Shown one piece after another: positions 1 to 13,097 of a DNA stretch of 64,000 nucleotides (position 1 is its first letter; every line of letters starts with the position of its first letter). The notes under the pieces were generated by a model that was given only the letters and a program-made list of their open reading frames with translations, was not told the DNA's origin and ran no database searches. Source of the DNA: Macrostomum hystrix (lineage: Eukaryota > Animalia > Platyhelminthes); NCBI GenBank assembly GCA_950097015.1, contig CATNEN010000001.1:16182001-16246000 (forward strand). Direction: 5' to 3'. The position numbers were made by a program, and so were the translations under genes.

Positions 1-809
1 GGAATATTTTTACAAAAAAGAGTGTTATTTTAAAGCGCATAGTGTATATTTACTTTTATTTAGCAAAAAATCCATCTTTTTGCAACATTTTATAATGAAT
101 TGTACCATGTGAGGCTAAAATGCCTATATACTATATAGCTAGGTTACAATTCCTATTTTCTGCCCTAGATACTTCAAGTCTAACTTCTGTTTATTCTTGG
201 GCTTTCACAAGTGGCTATTTTATTGAAACAGTGAAAGAAAGAAACTGTTATATAGCTATGATATGAGAACTAATTGTCATGAAAAATGTTTTATTACTTA
301 TTAGCTGGTTTAGGTATGTGGCATGCAGTTTTGGTCATGCTTAGGCATTAAGAAGCAAAGATCTGTCAGTCAACAGTGAGCTATAGTCAATCATGCCTTT
401 CATAATCTTGGATGGCAGCAGCATTCAGGCTAGCTCTTGTTGGCCAAGCACCAGATACAGTAGAAGTTCCAGTAAGCTCTCGTACATGCAGATTGAGAAT
501 CTTGCCATTCCTTAACCTGTTTGAAAAGGATAAGGTGGTTAAGAGAGTTGTTGGTTAGCTTGTTGGTTTTAAATGTATTAAACAGAGCAGAAAAAAAAAC
601 ATAGCACATATTATGTATAGGCTAAGTAATTAATATAATTTATTATACCTATCCGGCCAATTGTGCAGTATGGTCAACAGCACAGCCACAGCTATTGTGC
701 AGCATACGCTCGTATCTAAAGGCTGCACATGGCTGTTCAGTCCATGGACTGAGGGATGCCAGACCCACCTTCAGTTCCCCTAGTTAATATTGGTACCCAT
801 TTTACAGCT

Positions 810-1145
810 GGGTTGTAGCCAGCAGTTAGAGCGTCGGACTCGCATCTTGAAGCTTGATGGTTCGATTCCTGACTCCTATTTCAATTTGTGTGTCTAAGAA
901 AGGCACTTAACTCTGAATTGCTTCAGTTCACCTAGCTAGCTATTAAATGGATGGGTACCAGTATTAGCTGTGGTAACTTATGGTGGGTGTAGCCTCCCCC
1001 CAGTCCATGGACTGTACTGGCTGTAGTCCATAGCCGTACGCAGTCTTCAGATGCGCTGCAAAATAGTTGCAGCTGTGGTTGTGCTGTCGGCTCCACATCT
1101 GGCGCAATAGTGACAGGTGTAATTAGTTATTGCATTATTATTACT
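810..1145 (+). mobile_element. tRNA-derived SINE with CORE-like central domain
   Basis: A/B-box-like head (tagccagcagttagagc...ggttcgattcct), CORE-like aaggcacttaactctgaattgcttcagttcac...gggtacc, (tta)n tail. Copies at ~7760-8100 and ~56686-57020. Confidence 0.75.
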
Positions 1146-1574
1146 TTTATAACTGGGTGAACTGAAGCAAATAAGTTAGGCGTCTTGCCAAAGGGCATAA
1201 ATTGTACTAGTAGAGTTGGGAATCAAACCCCCCACCCTAATTCCCGCTGCCTCATCTCTCCCATGTGTAATCCCTCTCCTTTCTCAGATTCCTACAGATA
1301 AAACGGCCGTCGTCTTTTAGGTTCTGTACGTCGCCCACAGGCTAATAAGTTTGCTGACCCCTAGCTGCTAAATACCATTGAACCAGACCAAATAACTCAT
1401 GTATACACTGGGATCACTGGCTATGGTAGGACCAAATACTAGATACCAGTACAAGTAACTTCACTTGCCTTAACTTGCTGCTGTTTCAAGATCTACTACA
1501 CCTCCATCTCTAAAGTTATCAGAGCTACTAATAAATGAACAAGTGTTTTTAAACCAACCTTGTACATGGATGCA

Positions 1575-1800
1575 AATAACTAATAATTGATTAAACCAAT
1601 TGGGCCAGATGTGCAGCCGACAGCACAGCCGGAGCTATTGCACGGCGCATCTGAAGACTGCGTACAGCTGTACAGTCCATGGTCTGGGGGGACGCCACAC
1701 CCACCTTCAAATATCCCAGCGAATGCTGGTACCATTTAACAGCTGGGAGAACTGAAGCAATGCAGAGTTCAATTAGTGTCTTGCTAAAGGACACAAATTG
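1575..1800 (-). mobile_element. 5'-truncated SINE of the same family
   Basis: Reverse complement matches the body and tail of the 810-1145 SINE. Copies at ~8365-8555 and ~57435-57660. Confidence 0.7.
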
Positions 1801-2542
1801 TCTCACATGAATGCAGCAGACCAAATAACCCTAGCTAGTACCAACAGCTGTCAATAGCTAATGAATGGCTATAATTTTTATGACACTTTAGGGTCTGACA
1901 TACAAATGTGGTCTATGTTTAGTAAGCCTTTTAGTTCAAAATGCATTCATAGCACCTTTTTAGACAAACTGAACCTGTACACATTTATAATCGAAACCAA
2001 TGGCTCAAAAAGCTAGTAGCTATCAATTTTGGGTTAGGTGCCAAGTACGTATTTCACAAAAGGATCATGATTAGTCAAGCACTTACAATGTGACCAGTTC
2101 TCAGATGCACTGATGTAAGGAAAGCAGTTGCTAGGTAGTACTGCCTTAAGCCAGTCAAAAATGCCACCATTCCAGCTAGTGTGATAAGTACCTGCTCAAT
2201 AATGTTGAATATGTTAATAGCTGAAAAACTTATTATTTTTAGCCATTTAAATTAGTCAGATAAAAAATATTCGAGCTACAATTGAAACAAGTAACTCACC
2301 AGTCAGCTGAATTTATTTATTTAATAGAACACTCTTGCCGAAACCTAGTCTTGTTTCGTCTGTCTTTCAATTTCTTTTATTTGTTTAATTTCTTCGAGAT
2401 TCTTTTGATTGCTTCTCATTTGATTCCTGAGATTTCAGTGCTGAGTGCTCTTAAAAATCGATAATCATGCAAAGATCTGTTCATACGATCTGGATTAAAA
2501 AGATACGAATATGATAAAAACCAATTAATTTCAGATATCTAG

Positions 2543-2634
2543 TTTCAAGTTTCTGCTGCGATTCCTAGCTATTTTCAAGTTTCTTGCTGCGATTCCTAGC
2601 TATTTTCAAGTTTCTTGCTGCGATTCTTAGTCAT
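2543..2634. repeat. 31-bp minisatellite, 3 copies
   Basis: tttcaagtttcttgctgcgattcctagctat repeated three times. Confidence 0.85.
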
Positions 2635-2647
2635 TTTTTAAAAGCTG

Positions 2648-2851
2648 ATGGATATTAAGCAGCAGCAGCACCAGCAGGCGCAGGCACAGGCGCAGCAGCA
2701 GGCGCAGGCGCAGCAGCAGGGCCCTGGCTCACCGTGGCTTATAGAGCCACACACGGTGGGCCAGGGCGGCACGTGGAAGGTGAAGGTAGGTGCCGGGGCA
2801 TCTACCAACTTTACCCCGCCCCGGCACCTACCTTCCGGTGGAAAAAAATAA
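2648..2851 (+). CDS. Putative 67-aa polyQ/A micropeptide (copy A)
   Basis: ATG ORF MDIKQQQ...GPGSPWLIEPHTVGQGG; frame preserved in all three element copies. Confidence 0.4.
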   Translation: MDIKQQQHQQAQAQAQQQAQAQQQGPGSPWLIEPHTVGQGGTWKVKVGAGASTNFTPPRHLPSGGKK

Positions 2852-5065
2852 AAAGGTTTGTTAAACCACTTTTTGCTATTTTATACCAATAGTTCTTCGC
2901 AATTCTTGATAGTTTTTTTACAATTCTTAAAATATGCTTTTAAACATCCTAAAAAAGATATACCCGGTTTTGCAGGTTTTACTTTCCTTAAAAAACTTCA
3001 TTTTGGTGCTAGGTGGTAAAACTAAATCTCTTTCTAGCGATTAGCTACACGTCGTTTAACATGCTGCAATTCACACAACAAATGCTAACACAAAATTACA
3101 ATAAAGCAAAATGCACTCACCTTTAATATGACAGTAATTAAATGCTATAACGTTAGTCTTTTTGTCGTACGTGCCGCACTTCGTGTTTAACCATGCAGCT
3201 CATTGCATAAGCCAACTTCAAGCATTCGCTTAGAGTTGGATGCATGCCCTTGTTGCCATTGGATAAAGCATTTATTAAAGTTGCATATTTTTACTAAATA
3301 ATGATATTTGCTTTGCATGCCAAATATTAATTACGCATTTAAGCTATAACATTTGAGCCTTAAAACTCATTTTCGCCTTTCAGAGCATATGATAGGCGGA
3401 TATAGCGCCAATGCGCCAACGATATGATATATAGCGCCAACGCGGCCATGCAATATTAATAAGCTGCATTTTTGGATATCTATGCCTTCGTGTCTTTATT
3501 TATTTCACACTTATTTATTTATTACATGCACTGCATGCATTAAGTATTTATAAAGTGCTGTAGCTTTGAACGACAACAAACATATTTATTGAGCTATTGC
3601 ACCTTGCTTTGTGTTTCTGCACTTAACATGCATGCATGCTTAGCTTCTCAGAATGACTTGATATAATAGCTGGCTATAATCGCATCTGTCCCTTAAAGGC
3701 TTGCTGAAATGTAGCTGAAATTCATAGTTGACAGGGATCAAATTTCAACCGAAAGCAAAAACTGTATACTGTCAAATTCCAATTTTAGTTTTCCCCGTTC
3801 CAGAAAATCCTGAGACGTGTGTTGCAAGGTGGTCGGCAGAAAATGTACCGACGATCGACATCGCTCTTAGCTCTTACCTCGGATGTACAGGTATGCAGTT
3901 ACTTTCTTCTTAAGCAGTTTGAGTTTAAATTCACATTAGGAATTCAAAATGAGATAAATGAATTGATCTAACCCTCTGCAGCATGGGAATTTCAGTCAGC
4001 GTCGAGCACAAGTTTGCCCAGCGTCCCGGCTAGCTGCATCTGGCCGAGTTTAGCAGGTTAGAGAACGACAGCGACCTTCACGAACTCCTTGTCATGTCAA
4101 TAGAGTTCCACGGCTGCACTCGCAACAACGTTAAATGTGCTTTTTTGTTTTTTAGTTTATGAAATAATGTGCAGCAACTATTAGTTTATTTATAGTATAG
4201 CACTTATAAGTACTCGTAGATCTCATACTTTTATAGGAAACAGTCGGTCTCAATTACATGTCTTCAAAATCAAGGCTTAATTACAGATGATAAGTCATGC
4301 ATGGACAATATGAGAAAACACAAGAAAACAGAACAAAACATGGCCGTAAGAAACAATAGTTTACATGAGTGAAGTAGCGCAACTGACAATCAGACAATCC
4401 GTGATGTAATTCTGAGTCATTGTCTGGATCATGTGATTTCTAGGGCAATGTAGGGATTTCTGATGTATTAATTAAATTATGGGATTTCTGATTTGGGTGT
4501 CATTTTGTCTCAGTCATGTTTCTAAAAAAAGTTTTACTTTCTCGTGGTCGAAGTGAAATTTGTAAAAGTGCTTGTCTCTTGGGTGGGTCTTGGTGATAAG
4601 CTTGTCCTCGTAGTAATGCCTCAGCGCTCGCTTCATCGTTTCAAAGCTTTCTCGATTTATAGTTTTACCTCTCGGGATTCAGTTACATTTCCGCGATCAA
4701 AGTTCATTGCCCCAGAATCTGTATGGCACGGCTTCAAGAGGAGAAAGAGGGAAGAGAAAACAATTATGGTAGGTGTCTCCGCTTTAGACAGCTAGCCAAG
4801 TTACAATACAAGTGAGCTATGCCACCCTAAAGAAACGCTTTGTTTGTCCAGTCTAGACTCTAGTGTACTTATCTCTGCTGCGTTTATTTCATGTTATTTT
4901 ACTTGTCTCTCAAAATTTAGTTGGGTTGGGCCATGGAATTCCCCAATCCTGGAAGTAACACAGTGTTTTCACAAATAACGGTGGTAGACAATAATCATTA
5001 TTTTTTTCTCATTGACATTGTCAATGACACTGATCCCTTTACAAAGTCGGTAATATACGTTTATA

Positions 5066-5094
5066 CCCGGTGTAAAAGTCATCGTCCGCCGGAC
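5066..5094 (+). repeat. Left TIR of copy B
   Basis: cccggtgtaaaagtcatcgtccgccggac, preceded by TA (5064-5065). Confidence 0.9.
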
Positions 5095-5630
5095 GTCTTT
5101 CGGACCCCTACGGTCCCATTTTGGCCTTCGTCAGCTCAGCTAAAAAATAATCGAGTTAGCTGCTGAAAACGTCTTAAGATGTCTTTATTTCAGTTATAAA
5201 TGCATTTAGAAGATGAAAAAATGTGTACTTCGTACAGTCCGATTATAGTCCGAAAATGGCCGACGCGTCGACCGGCTCCAAAATGGTCCGATTTGAGTCC
5301 GAAAAAGGCCGACGAGAAGGACGATGTTCCAAAAAAAATTACTCGTGAGTTAGCTGCTAAAAACGTCTTAAAAGGCCTTGATTTCAGTTCTAAATGCATT
5401 TAAAAGATGAAAAAATGTGTAATTCGTACAGTCCGAAATTAGTCCGCAAAAGGCCGACGCGTCCGCGGTCCGTTTTGAGTCCTCAATAGGGCGACGAGGA
5501 GGACGATGTTCCATAAAAAAATTCTTGAGTTAGCTGCTGAAAACGTCATAAAAGGCTTTATTTTCCGTTACTTATGCATTTAAAAGATGAAAAATTGTGT
5601 AATTCCAACAGTCCGATTCCAGTCCGCAAA
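5095..5630. repeat. Left subterminal repeats (~180-195 bp, 3 copies, rich in gtccg)
   Basis: gagttagctgct(g/a)aaaacgtc at 5153, 5347 and 5528; same array after 54497. Confidence 0.8.
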
Positions 5631-7342
5631 AAGGTCGTTTTTTGATCTACTGTACAGAACCTAACATGCTTGAAATACTACTCGTATTTAAACGTTAGTA
5701 GTGCAGCAAGTTAAATGTTTGGTTTGTATAATCGCAATATTTAGTTTTTAGATATAAATTATTTACTATACATATACTTACTGTTTTACTGATCAGTGAG
5801 AGCTAGGAAATAAAATTTGTGTGCATCAGTGAAACAATTTACGAGTATATAGTGGAATCATCAAAATATTCTGAGCGTGTATACAATTCGATCTTCTGGT
5901 CGGCCATGCATATTCCGGCCGTCTGCAGTAAACCGCTCAATAGCCGTATAAAATGATTGATACTGCGGCAACTGCTTTAATTGCATTACATCTCGAATAG
6001 CTATGTATTTAGGAGTGTATAGAATAGGTAGAAATCGCATAATTGTGATGGTCCGTTTTCCGTCCGATTTGAGTCCGTAAAAAGGCGACGTGAATGTAAA
6101 ATTTAACAAACACATGTATTTTGACCGCAGGCAATAAAAAGTTTTGTCTCAGAAGAAGCCAGTTGCACTAAACTTAATAAGAAGTCAGAATCAATTTTTT
6201 AGTTTCAAATTGCAGCTTAAAAACGAAATAATGGCCTGAGCAAAGTTTTTGAAAGCGCATGCACTGCAAACTTTCACTTTGACCTGACCGGATCCTCAAT
6301 TAATTAGCTATTATGTACGTGAGAATTCTCGATTCGATCAACGAATTCTCAAAAACTGTTCACAGTAAGACACTGAAATTCATTAGACAAGACAAAGTGA
6401 ATATAAACACCGATATCAAACTCGCCATCTACTTTGTGGATTATCTATATAAGTTAATTATTAAGTGAAAGTCTATTTGATCAGCAATGTCAGTGTAGCT
6501 TAGTTAGGATATATTATGAAGCTACAGGAATATTTTTACAAAAAAGAGTGTTATTTTAAAGCGCATAGTGTATATTTACTTTTATTTAGCAAAAAATCCA
6601 TCTTTTTGCAACATTTTATAATGAATTGTACCATGTGAGGCTTAAATGCCTATATACTATATAGCTAGGTTACAATTCCTATTTTCTGCTCTAGATACTT
6701 CAAGTCTAACTTCTGTTTATTCTTGGGCTTTCACAAGTGGCTATTTTATTGAAACAGTGAAAGAAAGAAACTGTTATATAGCTATATGATATGAGAACTA
6801 ATTGTCATGAAAAATGTTTTATTACTTATTAGCTGGTTTAGGTATGTGGCATGCAGTTTTGGTCATGCTTAGGCATTAAGAAGCAAAGATCTGTCAGTCA
6901 ACAGTGAGCTATAGTCAATCATGCCTTTCATAATCTTGGATGGCAGCAGCATTCAGGCTAGCTCTTGTTGGCCAAGCACCAGATACAGTAGAAGTTCCAG
7001 TAAGCTCTCGTACATGCAGATTGAGAATCTTGCCATTCCTTAACCTGTTTGAAAAGGATAAGGTGGTTAAGAGAGTTATTGGTTAGCTTGTTGGTTTTAA
7101 ATGTATTAAACAGAGCAGAAAAATAAATAACATAGCACATATATTATATATAGGCTAAGTAATTAATATAATTTATTATACCTATCCGGCCAATTGTGCA
7201 GTATGGTCAACAGCACAGCCACAGCTATTGTGCAGCATACGCTCGAATCTAAAGGCTGCACATGGCTGTTCAGTCCATGGACTGAGGGATGCCAGACCCA
7301 CCTTAAGTTCAAATAGCTAATATTGGTACCCATTTTACAGCT

Positions 7343-7750
7343 AGCTTGGATAAACAGAGGGGCGGATAGCTCGGTCTGTAAAGGTGTCGGACTCTGGATC
7401 AGATGGTCCTGGGTTCAACTCCCGACCTAGTCTAGAACTATTCGTGCAGCCTTTGGCAAGCTGCTTTGCCCTGATGTGCACACAGTCTACTCAGCTGCAA
7501 ATGAGTACCGATATTTCGTCGGGGAATAATAATTCCGGCTGGCGTGAAATTAAGCAGTTCTGTGCGGCAATTCAGTGGGTTTTGATGCTGCCGATATGTT
7601 TGGAAAAAATAAATTCCATTGCTGACACGCGGCTGTCAACCGGTGTCCGAGAGGGCCGGGGAGTACATTAGGTGTGCAGTCCCCACCTGCTAGTGTGCTT
7701 GACACACAACACCTGCACTGGCCCTTGTGTCTAGTGTCATTATTATTATT
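7343..7750 (+). mobile_element. Full-length tRNA-derived SINE (second family), present only in copy B
   Basis: 11-bp TSD attttacagct (7332-7342 and 7751-7761), A/B boxes (tagctcggtctgt, gggttcaactccc), (tat)n tail; empty site in copies A and C. Confidence 0.9.
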
Positions 7751-9366
7751 ATTTTACAGCTGGGTTGTAGCCCAGCAGTTAGAGCGTCAGACTCGCATCT
7801 TGAAGGTTGATGGTTCGATTCCTGACTCCTGTTTCTTTAAGAAACAATTTGAAATTTGTGTCTCTAAGATAGGCAATTAACTCTGAATTGCTTCAGTTCA
7901 GCTAGCTATTATATGGGTACCAGTATTAGCTGTGGTAACTTATAGTGGGTGTAGCCATCCCCAGTCGATGGACTGTACTGGCTGTAGTCCATAGCCGTAC
8001 ACAGTCTTCAGATGCGCCGCACAATAGTTGCAGCTGTGCTGTCGGCTACACATCTGGCCCATAGTGACAGTTGTAATTAGTTAATGGATTATTATTAATT
8101 TTATAACAGGGTGAACTGAAGCAAGCAAGTTAGGCCTCTTGCCAAAGGGCATAAGTTGTACCAGTAGAGTTAGGAATCAAACCCCCACCCTAATTCCCCC
8201 CTGCCTCATCTATCCTATGTCTAATCCCTGCCCTTTCTCAGATTCCTACATTTAATACAGCCGTCGTCTTTTAGGTTCTGTAAGTGGCCCACTGGCTCAT
8301 TGCCGACCCCTAGCTGCTAAATACCAGACCAAATAACTCAAGTATACACTGGGGTCACTGGCTAGATTTGCAGCCGACAGCACAGCGGAGCTATTGCGCG
8401 GCTCATCTGAAGACTGCGTACAGCTGTACAGTCCATGGACTGGGGGGACACCACACCCACCTTCAATTATCCCAGCGAATGCTGGTACCATTTAACAGCT
8501 GGGTGAACTAAAGCAATGCAGAGTAAATTAAGTGTCTTGCTAAAGGACACAAATTGTCTCACATGAATACAGCAGACCAAATAACCCTAGCTAGTACCAA
8601 CAGCTAGCAATAGCTAGTGAATGCTATAATTTTTATGACACTTTAGGGTCTGACATACAGAGGTAGTATATATGTTTAGTAAGCTTTTAAGTTAAAAAAT
8701 ACATGCATAGTACCTTTTTAGACAAACTGAACCTGTACACATGTATTATTTAAACCAATGGCTCAAAATTAATTTGAGTTACAATTGATAGTAGCTATCA
8801 ATTGTGGGTTAGGTGTTAAGTATTTCACAAAAGGATCATGATTAGTCAAGCCCTTACTATGTGACCAGCAGTTCTCAGATGCACTGATGTAAGGAAAGCA
8901 GTTGCTATAGGTAGTACTGCCTTAAGCCAGTCAAAAATGCCACCATTCCAGCTAGTGTGATAAGTACCTGTTCAATAATGTTGAATATTTTAATAGCTGA
9001 AAAACTTATTACTATTAGCCATTTAAATTAGTCTGATAAAAAATGTTCGAGCTACAATTAAAACTAGTAACTCACCAGTCAGCTGAATTTATTTAATAGA
9101 ACACTCTTGCCGAAACCTAGTCTTGTTTCGTCCGTCTTTGAATTTCTTTTATTTGTTTAATTCCTTCGAGATTCTTTTGATTGCTTCTCATTTGATTCCT
9201 GAGATTTCAGTGCTGAGTGCTCTTAAAAATCGATAATAATACAAAGATCTGTTCATACGATCTGGATTAAAAAGATACGAATTTGATAAAAACCACTTAA
9301 TTTCAGGTATCTAATTTCTAGTTTCAAGTGGATATTAAGGATATCAAGTGGATATATAGTCCCAAC

Positions 9367-9518
9367 ATAATCTACAGAATTAGAGATCATCTACAGAATC
9401 AGAGATAATCTACACAATCAGACATAATCTACAGAATCAGAGATAATCTACAGAATCAGAGATAATCTACAGAATCAGAGATAATCTACAGAATTAGAGA
9501 TCATCTACGGAATCAGAT
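9367..9518. repeat. 19-bp minisatellite, 8 copies
   Basis: ataatctacagaatcagag consensus. Confidence 0.9.
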
Positions 9519-9524
9519 ATATAA

Positions 9525-9731
9525 ATGGATATTAAGCAGCAGCAGCACCAGCAGCAGCAGGCACAGGCGCAGCAGGCCCCGCAGCAGGCGCAGCAGCAGG
9601 GCCCTGGCTCACCGTGGCTTATAGAGCCACACACGGTGGGCCAGGGCGGCACGTGGAAGGTGAAGGTAGGTGCCGGGGCATCTACCAACTTTACCCCGCC
9701 CCGGCACCTACCTTCCGGTGGAAAAAAATAA
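9525..9731 (+). CDS. Putative 68-aa polyQ micropeptide (copy B)
   Basis: Paralog of 2648-2851 with in-frame differences only. Confidence 0.4.
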   Translation: MDIKQQQHQQQQAQAQQAPQQAQQQGPGSPWLIEPHTVGQGGTWKVKVGAGASTNFTPPRHLPSGGKK

Positions 9732-12700
9732 TAAGGTTTGTTAAACCACGTACTTTTTGCTATTTTATACTAATGGTTCTTCGCAATTCTTGACAGTTTT
9801 TATAACAATTCTTTAAATATGCTTTTAAACATCCTGAAAAAGATATACCCGGTTTTGCAGGTTTTACTTTCCTTTAAAAGCTTCATATTGGTGCTAGGTG
9901 GTAAAACTAAATCTCTTTCTAGCCATTAGCTACACGTCGTTTAACATGCTGCAATTCACACAACAAATGCTAACACAATATTACAATAAAGCAAAATGCA
10001 CTCACCTTTAATATGACAGTAACTAAATGCTATAACGTTAGTCTTTTTGTCGCACTTCGTGTGCAACCATGCAGCTCATTCCATAAGCCAACCCCAAGCA
10101 TTTGCTTAGAGTTGGATGCATGCCCTTGTTGCCATTGGATAAAGCATTTATTAAAGGTGCATGTTTTTACTAAATAATGATATTTGCGCCTTAAAACTCC
10201 TTTTCGCCTTTCAGAGCACAAATATTTATGCAGCGCCACGATGCTCTACGATATATACGATACGATACGTATACGTATACGATACGAATACGATACATAC
10301 GATGCATGCAGCGCCATAACTATAGTTAAAGATTGCGCGGCTCATATAGGATATGCAGCGCCATAGGATTTTCGGATATCTATGCCTTCGTGTCTTTATT
10401 TATTTCACACTTGTTTATTTATTACATGCACTGCATGCATTAAGTATTTATAAATTGCTTTAGCTTTGCACGACAACAAACATATTTATTGAGCTATTGC
10501 ACCTTGCTTTGTGTTTAAGATGCACTTAAGATGCATGCATGCAATTAGCTTCTTAGAATGACTTGATATAATAGCTGGCTATAATCGCATCTGTCCCTTA
10601 AAGGCTTGCTGAAATGTAGCTGAAATTCATAGTTGACTAGGGATCAAATTTCAACCGAAAGCAAAAACTGTATACTGTCAAATTCCAATTTTTGTTTTCC
10701 CCGTTCCAGAAAATCCTGAGACGTGTGTTGCAAGGTGGTCGGCAGAAAATGTACCGACGAGACATCGCTCTTAGCTTTTACCTCGGATGTAAAGGTATGC
10801 AGTTACTTTCTTCTTAAGCAGTTTGAGTTTAAATTCACATTAGGAATTCAAAATGAGATAAATGAATTAATCTAACCCTCTGCAGCATGGGGAATTTCAG
10901 TCAGCGTCGAGCACAAGTTTGCCCAGCGTCCCGGCTAGCTGCATCTGGCCGAGTTTAGCAGGTTAGAGAACGACAGCGACATTCACGAACTCCTTGTCAT
11001 GTCAATAGAGTTCCACGGCTGCACTCGCAACAACGTTAAGTGTGCTTTTTTTTTAGTTTATGAAATAATGTGCAGCAACTATTAGTTTATTTATAGTATA
11101 GCATTTATAAGTACTCGTAGATATCATACTTTTATAGGAAACAGTCGGTCTCAATTACATGTCTTCAAAATCAAGGCTTAATTACAGATGATAAGTCATG
11201 CATGGACAATATGAGAAAACACAAGAAAACAGAACAAAACATGGCCGTAAGAAACAATAGTTTACATGAGTGAAGTAGCGCAACTGACAATCAGACAATC
11301 CGTGATGTAATTCTGAGTCATTGTCTGGATCATGTGATTTCTAGGGCAATGTAGGGATTTCTGAGGTATTAATTAAATTATGGGATTTCTGATTTGGGTG
11401 TCATTTTGTCTCAGTCATTTTTCTAAAAAAAGTTTTACTTTCTCGTGGTCGAAGTGAAATTTGTAAAAGTGCTTGTCTCTTGGGTGGGTCTTGGTGATAA
11501 GCTTGTCCTCATAGTAATGCCTCAGCGCTCGCTTCATCGTTTCAAAGCTCATGTCCCGCCGCTTGTAACTGCCCTACGCCTCTGCTAGGCCGGTTGGGTT
11601 TAGAATTTGGAAAATGCCCTCCAGCTTGTTCTCCCAGCGCAAGCAGGGTGGCGACAGGTCAGCGACAGGCGGAGTTTCGAGTAACTGGTACAGAAACTCC
11701 CACAGCCAAAAATTCCTGTCTGAGGTTGGGCAATGCTAAGTTTTGATAGCTAATTGTTGTTAAATACTAAAGATTCTCAAATCCCAAATTTTCGCAGCTC
11801 AAAAACACTAACCGATGCCAGCACGCTTCTTCCTTGTTCTTTTTATGACGCCTGGCGGCTGCACATGCGTTGGGAGATGCGAAGTGGGCGGATCAAGCGA
11901 ATGAACCCAGCAAAGGGAGCAATCAATCGCCGAAGCATTCAGTCGCTGCTGCGGATGCTGTTGCTGTCCGATGGACCAGATGGACTCCGATGCGCTCATG
12001 GCCCCAGTATCATCTTCGTTGGCAACCGGCTTGTACAAATCGAAGAGGGCAGCGCTTTCGTAAGACTGGAGGTCACTGAATTCGCAGCGCATCACGGCGA
12101 AGTCCAAATTGTCTAGACTGCCCAGGTCATCGACGGGCTGGTAAGAATAAATGGGTTTGCGATTAGCTTGTCTCCCGTGAACAATCAATCTAGACACCGT
12201 GTCCCATAGCTAGACAATCTAGCCACTCTCCGCAATCAAGTGTTGCTATAGTAACTGTCTTTCTAGCTATAAGCTAGCTACCTAGAAAATCTACGAGATT
12301 TTGATATACTCCTAGTAGATACCCACTGTCTCCCATAGAACAACCAGTCACTGTCTCGAATCATATAGATTTACCTTTAGGGATTCAGTTGTATTTCGGC
12401 TATCAAAATTCATTGTCCCAGTGTCTGGCACAGCCTCTAAGAGGAACCAGTTAATATTACTCTTGGCCGCTTCCGCTTTGTTGCTTATAGTTGTTGGAAA
12501 AAATATTGTGGCCGTGTCTCCGCTTTAGACAGCTAGCCAAATCAAGTTACAATGTAAGGTATCTATGCTACCCTAAAGCAAGGACCTCTGAATACAAGCA
12601 TCGATCTATTTATAGATGCTATTTATAGAAGTCCTTGCCCTAAAGAAACGCTTTGTTTGTCTAGTCTAGACTCTAGTGATTCTAGACTCTTATCTCTGCT

Positions 12701-13097
12701 GTGTATTTTACTTCCCCTCTGGATCTCTCAAAATTTAGTTGGGTTAGACCATGAAATTCCCCAGGCTATTGTATTGTCTACCATTACGGTTGTAGACAAT
12801 AATCAGTAAATATATTTCTAATTGCCATTGTCAAAGACAGTTGTTGTTGCTGTTTTGTTGTTGTATTGTCAATGACACTGATCCCTTTACAAATTTGGTA
12901 ATATACGTTTATAATTTTGATTAAGGGCAATCATTCTAGACAGATAAATACTCGTATGTAAATTGGATTTAAAACATTCCGAATTTCTTCCAGATATTCT
13001 CCATGAACACCTGACGCCCGGTACACGGTCAGGTGCGTCGAGAAATGGAAGCTGCGGATGACATTGATATTAGTGTCTATTCTAAGATTGCTCCTCA

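Larger units (their letters stand above)
1..5065 (+). mobile_element. Copy A (outer host): internal sequence of the giant CACTA-type element, left of the copy B insertion
   Basis: Position 1 (ggaatatttttacaaaaaag) recurs at 6527 and 55878 and the blocks are colinear. Copy A lacks most of the ~11550-12370 block present in B and C. Confidence 0.8.

Noticed and set aside
1950-2460. Minus-strand protein-coding exons suggested by gtgagt and gtaagt donors near 2295 and 2085
   Set aside because: The upstream candidate exon has stops in all three frames; at most a non-coding spliced transcript, unsupported without RNA data.
7358-7432. Functional tRNA genes here and at 810-880
   Set aside because: They are SINE heads continuing into CORE-like bodies and simple-repeat tails; one has a clear TSD.
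11754-12197. Overlapping 120-129 aa ORFs, one with a CxxC...HxxxH pattern
   Set aside because: Non-ATG starts, zinc-finger spacing is off, and copies B and C are too similar to show coding constraint.
1-12900. Simple 6.5-kb tandem or segmental duplication
   Set aside because: The junction at 5066 is a TIR with a TA duplication, and the interrupted sequence resumes at 53175, so this is nesting.
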